Part shown: one piece after another, positions 18,751-30,492 of the stretch
How positions within the stretch are numbered: the first letter of the stretch is position 1
How the letters are laid out: every line of letters begins with the position of its first letter
Assembly (NCBI GenBank): GCA_903919315.1
Contig: CAIXHP010000042.1
Location: 24,884 to 88,883, forward strand
Length of the DNA stretch: 64,000 nucleotides
Reading direction: 5' to 3'
Origin: an uncultured Pseudomonadota bacterium
GTDB lineage: Bacteria > Pseudomonadota > Alphaproteobacteria > UBA9219
The notes under the pieces: model-generated
Told to the model about the DNA's origin: nothing
Seen by the model: only the letters and a program-made list of their open reading frames with translations
Database searches by the model: none
Made by a program: the position numbers and the translations under genes

Positions 18751-20136
18751 TTATGTTATCGCGCCCGATTTCCACGCTTGTAATTTCCGATACAGCGTCG
18801 AAGGGCTGACCTCCAGCAAGGCTGCGGCTTTGTTGACATCCTGACTCGTGGCTTCCAGCGCCTGAAGGATGGCGGATTTCTCGACTTCCCACAGAGGACG
18901 GATGGCGGCTCGTCGCGGCTGAGGCTCGGCGACGGACGCAGACGGCGCAGGACAGGCCGCGTGCAGATCGCGGGGCAGCATGTCTTCCGTCACGGTCGTT
19001 CCATCATGAAGCGCCACGACGGCGTGGAGAATGTTTTCCAATTGGCGCACATTGCCGGGCCAGTCGTGGCGGCGGAACAGGCTGCTGACTTCGGGAGCCA
19101 GCGCGGTGAACGCCTTGTTATCCGCCGCGCCGAATTTCAGCAGAAAATGTTCGGCGAGAAGCAGGATGTCGTCCTCGCGCTCGCGCAACGGCGGCATGTC
19201 GAGCGGCACGACGTGCAGGCGGTAATACAAGTCTTCGCGAAAGTTCCCGGCGCTGACTTCGGTGCGGGGGTTGCGAACTGTGGCGGCGATAATGCGCACA
19301 TCGACAACCTCGCTGGAACTACCGCCGATCGGCGTGAATTCGCCGGTCTGAAGAAAGCGCAGCAACTTGATCTGAAGACCCAGCGGCAATTCGCATACTT
19401 CGTTTAGAAACAGCGTGCCGCCGTCGGCCTTCTTCGCCGCGCCATCATGATCGCTGACGGCGCCCGTGAAGGCGCCTTTGACATGGCCGAACAAGGTGCT
19501 TTCCAACAGATCGGAGGGGATGCCGCCGCAGTCAATCGCGACAAAGGGCTTCTCGCGCCGTGGGCTGGTCTGGTGCAGCGCCAAGGCGGCCAGTTGCTTG
19601 CCGGTGCCGCTTTCGCCGGTGATAAAGACGCTGGCTTTGCTCGCGGCGACGGAATCGATGACGCGGTACACGGCCAGCATCGCGGGCGAATGGCCGATAA
19701 AGCCGGGCAGGGGGCTTTGCCCCAGCGTTTGCCGCCACTCCACAATCTCGCGTTCCAAAGCGTCGCGTTCCAACGCGTTGCGCAAGGTCACGGCGAGGCG
19801 TTCGGACGATACCGGCTTGAGGATGAAATCCGCCGCGCCGTTGCTCATCGCATCCACCGCCGTTTGCGGCGAAGCGTCGTCCGTCACCACGATCACGGGC
19901 ACTTGCGGATAGGCCGCGCGGCTTTGGCGCAAAAGATCGAGACCGTCAATGTCGGGCAGAGGCAAATCGAGGATCAAGGCGGACGGACGAAACTGGCGCA
20001 GGCAGGACAACGCCTCGTTCCCCGTGTTCTCGGCGATAACGTCATACCCCTCGCCCCGCAGATAGCCCTCAAAGGCATGCTTCGGTGCCGCTTGGTTTTC
20101 GATGAGGAGGATCGTTTGCGTGCTGGGTTGAAACAT
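18751..20136 (-). CDS. Sigma-54-dependent response regulator (NtrC family; possibly a PEP-CTERM-locus PrsR-type)
   Basis: A receiver domain (ALILDLPLPDIDGLDL) is followed by a sigma54 AAA+ domain (GESGTGKQ, GAFTGA) and a C-terminal Fis-type helix-turn-helix. The likely start is M25 (MFQPSTQTILLIENQ). Confidence 0.85.
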   Translation of the reverse strand: MFQPSTQTILLIENQAAPKHAFEGYLRGEGYDVIAENTGNEALSCLRQFRPSALILDLPLPDIDGLDLLRQSRAAYPQVPVIVVTDDASPQTAVDAMSNGAADFILKPVSSERLAVTLRNALERDALEREIVEWRQTLGQSPLPGFIGHSPAMLAVYRVIDSVAASKASVFITGESGTGKQLAALALHQTSPRREKPFVAIDCGGIPSDLLESTLFGHVKGAFTGAVSDHDGAAKKADGGTLFLNEVCELPLGLQIKLLRFLQTGEFTPIGGSSSEVVDVRIIAATVRNPRTEVSAGNFREDLYYRLHVVPLDMPPLREREDDILLLAEHFLLKFGAADNKAFTALAPEVSSLFRRHDWPGNVRQLENILHAVVALHDGTTVTEDMLPRDLHAACPAPSASVAEPQPRRAAIRPLWEVEKSAILQALEATSQDVNKAAALLEVSPSTLYRKLQAWKSGAIT

Positions 20137-20298
20137 GATCGGGCGTGAAACGGCGGTTGCAGGACGAGCCGCGCAGGCACAGCGCGTCAGCGGCATGTTG
20201 TCATGCAAATGTTAGCAGTTCCTAAATACGGGCGGGCTGTGTGTCGGAATACATCCGTATGTTGCCCGCCAAAGCGTCCTCGCGGACCGTCGCGGCGG

Positions 20299-21306
20299 TC
20301 AGTTCGACGTATCCGGCGCGCTGTGAAAGCCTTCTTTCTCGGCGATCAGATAAATGGGGCGGCCCTTCACTTCGGTGAACACCCGCGCCAGATACTCGCC
20401 GATCACGCCGAGGCTCAACAACTGGATGCCGCCGAGGAACAGGATGCCGACCATCAGCGACGCAAAGCCCGGCACGTCGATGCCGAACGCCAGCGTGCGC
20501 ACGGTGAGATAAATGCCATAGCCCAGCGCGAACAACGAAATCATGCTGCCGCACCATGTCCAGATGCGCAGGGGGAGCGTGCTGAACGATGTCAATCCGT
20601 CGAACGCGAAGCGCACGAGGCGGAGGAAATTCCAGTGGGATTTTCCATCCGAACGCGGCGCGACCTCGAACGGCACGAGGGCATAGTTAAACCCGACCCA
20701 CGTCATTAGCCCCTTCATAAAGCGGTTGCGCTCAGGCATGGCGTTGACGGCATCCACGACGACCCGATCCAGCAGCCGGAAATCCCCCGCGCCTTCGGGC
20801 AACTGAACGTCGGCGATATGGCGGAACAACGCGTAAAAAGCCTTCGTGAGCAGCTTGCGCAATGGGCCGTCGGCATCACGGTTGCTGCGGATGGCATAGA
20901 CCATCTTGGCCCCGCCGCGCCACGCTTCGACCAGTTGCGGGATCAGCTCCGGCGGATGTTGCAAGTCGCTGTCGATAGTGATGGCCGCGCGTCCCCGCGC
21001 CAGATGCAGGCCGCAGGTCAGTGCGGCCTCCTTGCCGAAATTCCGCGCGAGCCGCACCGGCTTGACGCGCAAATCCTGTTCGCGCTCGCGGCACAGTTGG
21101 GCATAGGTGTTGTCGGTGCTGCCGTCGTCGACGCAAATGACCTCGTAACTCAGGCCCAACCGGCTGAGGACGGGATAGAGCCGTTGGAACAACGCGGCCA
21201 CCGTTACCCCTTCGTTATGGAACGGAAGAATGATGGAGAGATCAAACGGCGGCGTGATGGAGAGTGAGGACATGATGCTATTGGGCCGGAGAGACTCGGA
21301 AAACAC
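20299..21306 (-). CDS. GT2-family glycosyltransferase (polyprenyl-phosphate sugar transferase, DPM1/ArnC/GtrB-like)
   Basis: ILPFHNEG, VICVDDGSTDNT and a DxD-like DSD, plus two C-terminal transmembrane helices. An alternative start is M12. Confidence 0.8.
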   Translation of the reverse strand: MFSESLRPNSIMSSLSITPPFDLSIILPFHNEGVTVAALFQRLYPVLSRLGLSYEVICVDDGSTDNTYAQLCREREQDLRVKPVRLARNFGKEAALTCGLHLARGRAAITIDSDLQHPPELIPQLVEAWRGGAKMVYAIRSNRDADGPLRKLLTKAFYALFRHIADVQLPEGAGDFRLLDRVVVDAVNAMPERNRFMKGLMTWVGFNYALVPFEVAPRSDGKSHWNFLRLVRFAFDGLTSFSTLPLRIWTWCGSMISLFALGYGIYLTVRTLAFGIDVPGFASLMVGILFLGGIQLLSLGVIGEYLARVFTEVKGRPIYLIAEKEGFHSAPDTSN

Positions 21307-21408
21307 AGGCGCAGCATAAAGCGCGCGCAGTGAGGAATAAACATAGAAAAAGGCTAGGTCGCTCGCGCAGCCCTAGCCTTTGGATTCCGGTCTTTGATCG
21401 CGGGCGCG

Positions 21409-21612
21409 TTAGAAGCCTTCGCGCTCTTTACGCTTACGCTCCACTTTACGAGCGCGACGGACGGCTTCGGCCTTTTCGCGGGCGCGCTTTTCCGAGGGCT
21501 TCTCGTAATTGCGGCGCAGTTTCATTTCACGGAACACGCCTTCGCGCTGCAGTTTCTTTTTCAGCACACGAAGCGCTTGATCCACATTGTTGTCACGCAC
21601 CAGAACTTGCAC
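21409..21612 (-). CDS. rpsU: 30S ribosomal protein S21
   Basis: The likely start is the GTG at 21612 ([50 protein letters not shown]...), preceded by AAGGAGG. The track ORF carries a spurious 31-aa N-terminal extension. Confidence 0.8.
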   Translation of the reverse strand: MQVLVRDNNVDQALRVLKKKLQREGVFREMKLRRNYEKPSEKRAREKAEAVRRARKVERKRKEREGF

Positions 21613-21973
21613 GAACGTCACCCCTCCTTGCGGGATACAAAAGTTTACAGGCCATTGCCCACGGCTTGTTGCGAACAGGCAACAACGCAGGGATACAACA
21701 ACCACCTCCCGAGGCCGGAGTCAAGGCCATCAGGTCGGGGATGCATACCACAATTAAGACTTAACGCAACCCATGAATTGCCCCCGTTAACACCGCGCCC
21801 CGTCCGCAAGGCCATCTTTGCCGGATTTCCAAGGCTTTCATGCCGTCTTAACTGTGTTTTCCGTTTGCGAACCGCAAAAAAGCCCAGTAACATAGCGTTC
21901 AAGCACGAATATCAAAGGCTTAGCGTCTGCCCAGAAACTTGTTGTTTGTTCACAACGATTTATAAAAGGAGCC

Positions 21974-22087
21974 GTCATCCCCGCGAAGGCGGGGATCCAT
22001 CACCCGTAGAATGAATATATGCCGATAAGGAAAAATGGCACTCAATCCTATCACCGGGAGATGGATCCCCGCCTTCGCGGGGATGAC
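21974..22087. repeat. MITE-like element: perfect 28-bp inverted repeats (GTCATCCCCGCGAAGGCGGGGATCCATC and its reverse complement) flanking a roughly 58-bp AT-rich core
   Basis: Read directly from the sequence. Each arm is itself a hairpin (ATCCCCGC-GAAG-GCGGGGAT). The right arm is followed by a T-run, so it may also terminate or insulate. Confidence 0.7.
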
Positions 22088-22161
22088 CGTTTTTGAGTTT
22101 TTGGACAGAATCTTTGACGTTGTCGTTGCTTTTTATCAGATTTTCCAAAAGGGAATATTTT

Positions 22162-23715
22162 ATGACGATGGGGCAAGACCAACAGGCGGCGGCGGCTGAG
22201 ATTGTCACGCCGACAACTTCGCAAATCGACATTCTGTTCGCCAAGCCGGTCGATGCCCGGCGGCCCACCGGCGAAGTCATCGCCATCATCGCCGCCGGGG
22301 GCACTTTTCTTTGCAGCGAGAAAACCGAAGGGCCGAAGACTCCGGTTCGCTACGAAAATTTTTTGGATTTCGTGACGGCCAATAAGCTAACCGGCACTTT
22401 TAGGGAATATGGGCTGTATGAGGAAAATGGCGCGTATTATCTGAAGGACGGCACGCAGGTCATTTACAAGCCTCTCGACCCCGCAATCGACAGCACGAAC
22501 GCGACGTTTCAGGACAGGCTGCGGATTATAAATTCGATCGAGGATGTCCGTGGCGAGTACAGCAAAGTCAACGGCTGTCTCGTCATTCACGGCACGGACA
22601 CATGCGCCGAAACCGCCCAATTTCTTGACCTGCAATATGGGCGCGGGGTTGGGTTCAGCATCGGCCTCGTGTCAAGTCAGGCAACGGCGGACGCGGCGGA
22701 TTCTGACGGGCCGAGCAACTTCAGGACGGCCTTCAAGGCGGTGCACCGAAAGTTGTTGCAGCAAGTCTTTGTCATGTCGTCCCGAGGACGGAAAATATTC
22801 AGTGCGCTTGTCGCAAAGTTCAGCGATTCTTCGGAAGAAATCTACACGGGGAATCTGATCGCGGAGTGCGATCTTGGCACCATCCGCCTGAAAGAGGTTG
22901 CTCCGGTGCTCCCTGCGAACGCCGATTTACTTATTACAGAAGAGACCTGTTTCGCACAGAGCAACCTTTATCACTACAATCCTAAAGCCGACGGCAATCA
23001 GCCGTCTCAGGCGAAGAATGCCGCCCGACATGTTCGGGACACGCTGGATGGTCGCGATGAAGATCCCTACAATGGCGTGGTCGTGTATATGGCGGGGTCG
23101 GGCAATTTGCCCAAGCATGCGGAACAGGTTCTGCTCGCCGCCGGAAATACGCTGCCTATCTTTGCCGTTTCCGAAGTGCCCGGCGCGGAGTCGCTGGACG
23201 AATCCGGTATTCCGAAATATGCCGTGTCGGCCTTGAAAACGGCGGACGAACTTAACCTTAACAACTTGATCGTTCTTCCGGCGACGCGACCTGGGCCGGA
23301 CTTGCGACCCAGCCTGATCATGGCGCGCGCGGCGCGCTACGCCACACCGCGCACGCCCGAATTTCTGTTGTTCTGCCACCTGTTCGCCTCGTTCGCATGG
23401 ACACCTGAAGACGAGTCGGGTAAGTCGCACCAGATCAAGGGCGACAGGAACGCCTTGGCGGACGTTGTGGAACGGCTTGAACGATTGAGGGCAAGGCATG
23501 AATACACCGTCGAGTCGCATGCCGATTTGACCCATATCATTATGGCCGATGGCCAGATGCGCGGATTGTTTCAGCGCTACATCCCCCACATCGTCCACCC
23601 ATCCGACGGGCATTGCATGGTCAGGGAAGGGAAGCTGGTTTTCAGCAGTCAGGCTATACGGCCCGAACCCGCGTCCAATCCTACAACGGGGCCGCGTCCA
23701 GCCGCAGGAAGCTAA
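22162..23715 (+). CDS. Asparaginase/glutaminase-family protein with a long uncharacterised C-terminal extension
   Basis: IAIIAAGGTFLC resembles the TGGTIAG motif and VIHGTDTCAETAQFLDL resembles the HGTDTMEETAYFLDL motif. A DSDGPSNF segment parallels the asparaginase ADGPFNL. About 200 aa at the C-terminus has no recognisable motif. The likely start is M24 (ATG 22162). The region has moderately low GC. Confidence 0.6.
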   Translation: MTMGQDQQAAAAEIVTPTTSQIDILFAKPVDARRPTGEVIAIIAAGGTFLCSEKTEGPKTPVRYENFLDFVTANKLTGTFREYGLYEENGAYYLKDGTQVIYKPLDPAIDSTNATFQDRLRIINSIEDVRGEYSKVNGCLVIHGTDTCAETAQFLDLQYGRGVGFSIGLVSSQATADAADSDGPSNFRTAFKAVHRKLLQQVFVMSSRGRKIFSALVAKFSDSSEEIYTGNLIAECDLGTIRLKEVAPVLPANADLLITEETCFAQSNLYHYNPKADGNQPSQAKNAARHVRDTLDGRDEDPYNGVVVYMAGSGNLPKHAEQVLLAAGNTLPIFAVSEVPGAESLDESGIPKYAVSALKTADELNLNNLIVLPATRPGPDLRPSLIMARAARYATPRTPEFLLFCHLFASFAWTPEDESGKSHQIKGDRNALADVVERLERLRARHEYTVESHADLTHIIMADGQMRGLFQRYIPHIVHPSDGHCMVREGKLVFSSQAIRPEPASNPTTGPRPAAGS

Positions 23716-23842
23716 GTATTGACAGAGCGGCATCACCCCCGCTTTCCACTCCTGCCGGTGTGACGGTTTCCTTTGGGCGGGTTTTGCTCTAAGGTCGCGG
23801 CCCAAAGCTGATTCCGCCAACTTATAACCTGTCGCAGACATT

Positions 23843-26089
23843 ATGAGCCGTACCACCACCAAATCCCGCCCGCCTGAGGAACCGCCGCAGCCGATTTTGG
23901 ACATGAAGCTGTCCAAGGCGATGTCCGAGCGTTACCTGTCCTATGCCCTGTCCACCATCACCGACCGCGCCTTGCCCGATGTGCGCGACGGGATGAAGCC
24001 GGTGCATCGGCGGTTGCTGTTCGCCATGCGCGAACTGAAACTTGAGCCAACCCTGCCGCCCAAGAAATGCGCGCGTGTCGTCGGCGACGTGATCGGTAAA
24101 TTTCATCCGCACGGCGATACGGCGGTGTATGACGCTCTGGTGCGCCTTGCTCAGGATTTCAACCAGAGGTATCCGCTCATCGAAGGGCAGGGCAACTTCG
24201 GCAACATCGACGGTGATAACGCGGCCGCGATGCGTTACACCGAAGCCCGCCTGACCGAAGTGGCGCGGTTGCTGCTCGAAGGCATCGACGAAGACGCGGT
24301 CGATTTCCGCGCCACCTACGACGGCAGCGGCATCGAGCCTGCCGTTCTCCCTGCGGCGTTCCCGAACCTGCTGGCCAACGGCGCGGCGGGCATCGCGGTC
24401 GGCATGGCGACCAGCATTCCCCCGCACAACGTCAGCGAATTGTGCGACGCGATGCGCCACATGATCGCCCACCCCAACGCCACCATCGACAAACTGGTCG
24501 GCCTCGTGCCCGGCCCGGATTTCCCCACCGGTGGCGTTCTTGTCGAAGGCCGCCCCGCCATCGTCGAAGCCTACCGCACAGGCCGTGGCTCCTTCCGCCT
24601 GCGCGCGGCGTGGGAAAAGGAAGAACTTAAGCAAGGGACGTGGCAGATCGTCGTCACCCAAATCCCTTATCAGGTGCAGAAATCGCGTCTGATTGAAAAA
24701 ATCGCCGAGCAGCTCTCGCTGCGCAAACTGCCGCTGCTTGACGACATCCGCGACGAATCCGCCGACGACGTGCGCCTGATCCTTGTGCCCAAGAGCCGCA
24801 ACGTCGATCCGGCGGTTCTGATGGAATCCCTGTTCCGCGCGACAGAGCTTGAGGTCAAGGTTCCGCTCAACCTCAACATCCTCGACAAAGACGGCGTGCC
24901 CCGCGTGATGGATTTGCGCGAAGCGCTGCAATCCTATCTCGACCACCGCCAAGACGTTCTGGTGCGCCGCTCAAAGTACAAGCTGGAGCATATCGAGTCG
25001 CGGTTGGAGGTCTTGGCGGGCTACCTCATCGCCTACCTCAACCTCGACAAGGTCATCCACATCATCCGGACCGAGGACGAGCCGAAGCCGAAATTGATGA
25101 AAGCCTTCGGCCTCACGGACGTTCAGGCCGAAGCCATCCTCAACATGCGCTTGCGGTCGTTGCGCAAGCTTGAGGAAATGGAGATCAAAGGCGAGCAAAA
25201 GGATTTGTCCGGCAAGCAGGCCGAATTGAAAAAGTTGCTGAAGGACGAAGCCTTGCGCTGGCAGTACATCGACAAGGAACTCGCCGAGCTGAAGCACAAA
25301 TTCGCCAAAGTCACAAAGCTGGGCGCGCGCCGCACCGAACTCGCCGAACCGCCCGCCGACATCATGGTGCCGGTCGAAGCGGTGATCGAACGCGAAAGCG
25401 TCACGGTCGTCTGCTCCGACAAAGGCTGGGTGCGCGCGATGAAAGGCCACGGCCTCGCGCACGACAGCATCAAGTACAAAGAGGGTGACGAGGAGAAGTT
25501 CGTCCTCGAAGTCGAAACCACCGACAAGATTTTGCTGTTCGCCAGCAACGGGCGTTTCTACACGATGGGCGTCGACAAGCTGCCGGGCGGACGCGGCCTC
25601 GGCGAGCCGGTGCGCCTGATGATCGACCTGCCGAACGAGGCGGAGATCATCGGTATCGTCAAGTATCAGCCGGAGCAGAAATTCATCGTCGCGGCCTCCG
25701 ACGGACGCGGCTTTATCGTCAAGACCGAGGACGTTCTGGCCCAGACCCGCAACGGAAAACAGGTGTTGAACGTGGACGAGAAGGTGCGGGCGGTGGCGTT
25801 TTCCCCCGCAGGCGGCGACCATATCGCCGTCATCGGCACCAACCGCAAACTGCTGCTCTTCCCGGCGGATCAAGTGCCGGAAATGAGCCGTGGCCGGGGT
25901 GTCACGCTGCAAAAATACAAAGACGGCCAGTTGTCGGACGTTAAGACCTTCAACCTGACGGAAGGTCTGGTGTGGAAATCTGGCGATCGCGACCGCACAG
26001 AAACCGACATTCGCGCGTGGCGCGGCGAACGCGCTCAGGCCGGAAAACTCGCGCCCAACGGCTTCGCGCGCAGCAATCGGTTTTCTTGA
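23843..26089 (+). CDS. parC: DNA topoisomerase IV subunit A
   Basis: At 748 aa it is shorter than GyrA. The GyrA/ParC N-terminal motifs are present ([22 protein letters not shown]); Y...RYTE is the active-site region. Confidence 0.92.
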   Translation: MSRTTTKSRPPEEPPQPILDMKLSKAMSERYLSYALSTITDRALPDVRDGMKPVHRRLLFAMRELKLEPTLPPKKCARVVGDVIGKFHPHGDTAVYDALVRLAQDFNQRYPLIEGQGNFGNIDGDNAAAMRYTEARLTEVARLLLEGIDEDAVDFRATYDGSGIEPAVLPAAFPNLLANGAAGIAVGMATSIPPHNVSELCDAMRHMIAHPNATIDKLVGLVPGPDFPTGGVLVEGRPAIVEAYRTGRGSFRLRAAWEKEELKQGTWQIVVTQIPYQVQKSRLIEKIAEQLSLRKLPLLDDIRDESADDVRLILVPKSRNVDPAVLMESLFRATELEVKVPLNLNILDKDGVPRVMDLREALQSYLDHRQDVLVRRSKYKLEHIESRLEVLAGYLIAYLNLDKVIHIIRTEDEPKPKLMKAFGLTDVQAEAILNMRLRSLRKLEEMEIKGEQKDLSGKQAELKKLLKDEALRWQYIDKELAELKHKFAKVTKLGARRTELAEPPADIMVPVEAVIERESVTVVCSDKGWVRAMKGHGLAHDSIKYKEGDEEKFVLEVETTDKILLFASNGRFYTMGVDKLPGGRGLGEPVRLMIDLPNEAEIIGIVKYQPEQKFIVAASDGRGFIVKTEDVLAQTRNGKQVLNVDEKVRAVAFSPAGGDHIAVIGTNRKLLLFPADQVPEMSRGRGVTLQKYKDGQLSDVKTFNLTEGLVWKSGDRDRTETDIRAWRGERAQAGKLAPNGFARSNRFS

Positions 26090-26110
26090 TGTCTAAGGTT
26101 CGGTGAGATC

Positions 26111-26929
26111 ATGACGGATAAACGCGCCATCGGCGTTTTCGACTCCGGCGTCGGTGGCCTCACGGTTTACCGCGCCTTGCGCGCGGCGCTGCCGCAAGAG
26201 GATTTTGTCTATCTCGGCGACACGGCGCGTCTGCCCTATGGCACCAAGAGCGGCGAGACAATTAAGCATTATGCGGCGCAAGCCGCAGCGCGGCTGCGGG
26301 AAGAAGACGTCAAACTTCTGCTGGTGGCGTGCAACACTGCGTCGGCGCAGGCCTTGCCAGACCTGCGTGAACGGCATCCCGACATTCCTTGCCTTGGAGT
26401 GGTTGAGCCGGGCGCACGTGCGGCGGCGGGATCCTCGGCAACGGGTCGGATCGTCGTGTTGGCGACGGAAGGCACCGTGCGGTCTGGAGCCTACCGCGAC
26501 GCCATCCACCGCTTGCGCCCTGATGCCCAAGTGCGCGGCCTTGCCTGCAACCTGTTGGTGGCTTTGGCGGAGGAGGGGTGGTGCGAAGGGCTGGAAGCGG
26601 AGGCCATCGTGAGCCGTTATGTTCGCCAACTCGGAGACGATCCATTTGATACCCTTGTGCTGGGCTGCACGCATTTCCCGCTGTTGGCGGCCACGCTGCG
26701 CCGACTGTTGCCGTCGAGCGTCGCCGTCATCGACAGCGCCCAAACGACGGCCCGCGCCGTGACAGCCTATCTGGCTGAACATGATCTGGAGCAGTCGGAG
26801 AAAGGCCGTTCGGGCCGCAATCTCTTCCTTGTGACCGACGCGCCGGAGCGTTTTTTGCTTTTGGCGCAACGCTTTTTGCCTGAAATCGATGTAAATGGGG
26901 TAGAATTGGTGGCGTTAAGGAATGCATAA
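26111..26929 (+). CDS. murI: Glutamate racemase
   Basis: IGVFDSGVGGLTV and VACNTAS motifs; 272 aa. Confidence 0.9.
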   Translation: MTDKRAIGVFDSGVGGLTVYRALRAALPQEDFVYLGDTARLPYGTKSGETIKHYAAQAAARLREEDVKLLLVACNTASAQALPDLRERHPDIPCLGVVEPGARAAAGSSATGRIVVLATEGTVRSGAYRDAIHRLRPDAQVRGLACNLLVALAEEGWCEGLEAEAIVSRYVRQLGDDPFDTLVLGCTHFPLLAATLRRLLPSSVAVIDSAQTTARAVTAYLAEHDLEQSEKGRSGRNLFLVTDAPERFLLLAQRFLPEIDVNGVELVALRNA

Positions 26930-27022
26930 GCGGCGCTGCGCCCCTTGACCCAGAGCCATGCAGGGACCACATATTAGAGAGCAGGGACCGTACAGTGAGG
27001 TGCCGCAACGAAGGAGGCTCCC

Positions 27023-27583
27023 ATGTTCATTCAAACCGAAGACACGCCCAATCCGGCGACGATGAAATTCCTCCCCGGCCGTGAAGTTCTGGGCGCTCGT
27101 TCGCCTGTCGACATCGCCGACCCGACCAAGGCGGCGCAGTCGCCGCTGGCCGAGGCCTTGTTCGCGCTCGATGGTGTGAAAGGCGTCTTTTTGGGCAGCG
27201 ACTTCATCACCGTCACGCGGGAAAGCGGCCGCGACTGGCCCGCGCTGAAACCGGCTATCTTGTCGGTCATTATGGATCACTTTGTGGCCGGACGGCCTGT
27301 TTTGGCCGAAGGCGTGTTGCCTGAACCGTCCGCAGCCGTTGGCGGCGAACACGATGAAATCGAGCGCCAGATCCGCGAAATCCTCGATGCCAAAATCCGC
27401 CCCGCCGTGGCGCAGGACGGCGGCGACATCACCTTCCAGCGGTTCGAAGACGGTATCGTCTACCTCCACCTCAAAGGCTCATGCGCCGGATGCCCCAGCT
27501 CCAGCGCGACGCTGAAAGCCGGTGTCGAAAACATGCTGCGGCACTACGTCCCGGAAGTGAAGGAAGTCCGGCAGGTCCGATAA
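27023..27583 (+). CDS. Nfu/NifU-like Fe-S cluster assembly protein (Nfu N-terminal domain plus NifU C-terminal CxxC)
   Basis: FIQTEDTPNPATMKF matches the Nfu N-domain. The C-terminus has GSCAGCPSS. Confidence 0.85.
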   Translation: MFIQTEDTPNPATMKFLPGREVLGARSPVDIADPTKAAQSPLAEALFALDGVKGVFLGSDFITVTRESGRDWPALKPAILSVIMDHFVAGRPVLAEGVLPEPSAAVGGEHDEIERQIREILDAKIRPAVAQDGGDITFQRFEDGIVYLHLKGSCAGCPSSSATLKAGVENMLRHYVPEVKEVRQVR

Positions 27584-27607
27584 CCCCCTGCGCTCCCGCT
27601 CCATAAC

Positions 27608-28522
27608 CTACTCATGATGGGGCGGAATATTTGGCGCAACCCCGATCCGCCTGATTTCCCAGCGCAGCTCAAGGCCGGAATGGGCTTTGACGCGGCGGCG
27701 GACTTCCTCGCCCAGCTCTTCAATGTCGGCGGCGGTAGCGGTTCCGGTGTTGATGAGGAAATTGCAGTGCTGCTCGGACATCATCGCGCCGCCGATGCGC
27801 AAGCCCCGACAACCGGCCGCGTCGATCAGCTGCCAAGCCTTGTGGCCTTCGGGATTGGCGAAGGTGGAGCCGCCGGTCTTCTCGCGAATGGGTTGGGAGG
27901 AGCCTCGCTTTTGCTGAATCTCCTGCATGCGCGCCTTGATGGCGGCCGGATCGCCCGGCTCACCCAATAGCGTCGCGCCCAGAAAAATCAGGTCGGCGGG
28001 CGCGTCCACATGGCGATAGGAAAAGCCCATGTCGCCCGCCGTCAACGTGCGCACCGCGCCGCGACGGTCGACCGCCGTGACGGTCTGAACAACGTCCTTA
28101 AGCTCCCGCCCATACGCGCCCGCGTTCATGCGCAAACCGCCGCCCAAAGTGCCGGGAATGCCGCTCAGAAATTCCAGCCCGCCGATCCCCGCCGCCTGCG
28201 CGGCGCGGGCGACGTTGAGGTCGATGGCGGCGGCTCCGGCGGTGAGCGTAAGCCCGTCGGCCTTGATGGTCGCAAACTCCGGCCCCAGCCGCACCACGAC
28301 CCCCGGCACGCCCCCGTCGCGCACCAGAGTGTTGGACGCAACGCCCAGAACCGTCACCGGCACATCATCAGGACAGCTCGCCAAAAACGCGGCCAAATCG
28401 TCGGCATCCGCCGGTTTGAACAACACCTCGGCGGGACCGCCGACACGAAACCAAGTGCTATCCGCCAACGGCGCCTTGGCTGTCAACTTGCCGCGCACGG
28501 CGGGAAGGCGGGCGATCAGCAT
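27608..28522 (-). CDS. murB: UDP-N-acetylenolpyruvoylglucosamine reductase
   Basis: An FAD-binding domain ([11 protein letters not shown]) and the MurB C-terminal domain. The track ORF extends to 28594; the likely start is M25 (MLIARLP). Confidence 0.88.
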   Translation of the reverse strand: MLIARLPAVRGKLTAKAPLADSTWFRVGGPAEVLFKPADADDLAAFLASCPDDVPVTVLGVASNTLVRDGGVPGVVVRLGPEFATIKADGLTLTAGAAAIDLNVARAAQAAGIGGLEFLSGIPGTLGGGLRMNAGAYGRELKDVVQTVTAVDRRGAVRTLTAGDMGFSYRHVDAPADLIFLGATLLGEPGDPAAIKARMQEIQQKRGSSQPIREKTGGSTFANPEGHKAWQLIDAAGCRGLRIGGAMMSEQHCNFLINTGTATAADIEELGEEVRRRVKAHSGLELRWEIRRIGVAPNIPPHHE

Positions 28523-28533
28523 GGAACCAATAC

Positions 28534-30021
<1,488 letters not shown>

Positions 30022-30150
30022 CCGCGAAGGCCCGTATTATAGACCGCCGCGCAAGCCTCAGGTCAACGCCTTTTGACGCTAAAAAACATTTGAAAAGCAA
30101 CAAGTTGTGACCAACAAAAAACCAGAATCAATCTTCCCACTGTTTTCGCC

Positions 30151-30476
30151 TTGCCCCGGAATCTTCGGCAGCGCTGTCCAAATCCCTCCCCCCTTGGGGG
30201 GAGGTTAGGTGGGGGGTGGGTTCCGCTGGGCGCTATGTCGCAAGTCTGTCGCTGACGGGCCACGACCCCCCACCCAACCCTCCCCCCAAGGGGGGGAGGG
30301 CTTTGTGCGCCGTCTGTCTTCGTCTTGCCCCAGAATCTTCAGCAGCACAGTCCAAATCCCTCCCCCCTTGGGGGGAGGCTAGGTGGGGGGTGGGTTCCGC
30401 TTGGCACTATGTCGCAAGCCCGGCACTGACGGGCTACGACCCCCCACCCAACCCTCCCCCCCCAGGGGGGGAGGGC
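30151..30476. repeat. Two tandem copies (30151..30301 and 30324..30476, about 90% identical) of a roughly 150-bp GC-rich palindromic unit
   Basis: Read directly from the sequence. Each unit has roughly 35-nt arms (CCCTCCCCCCTTGGGGGGAGG.TAGGTGGGGGGT and ACCCCCCACCCAACCCTCCCCCCAAGGGGGGGAGGG) around a roughly 50-nt loop. The arms contain G6/C6-7 homopolymer tracts. The element sits in the murC-parE intergenic region. Confidence 0.85.
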
Positions 30477-30492
30477 GTTGAAGGGGGAGCGG

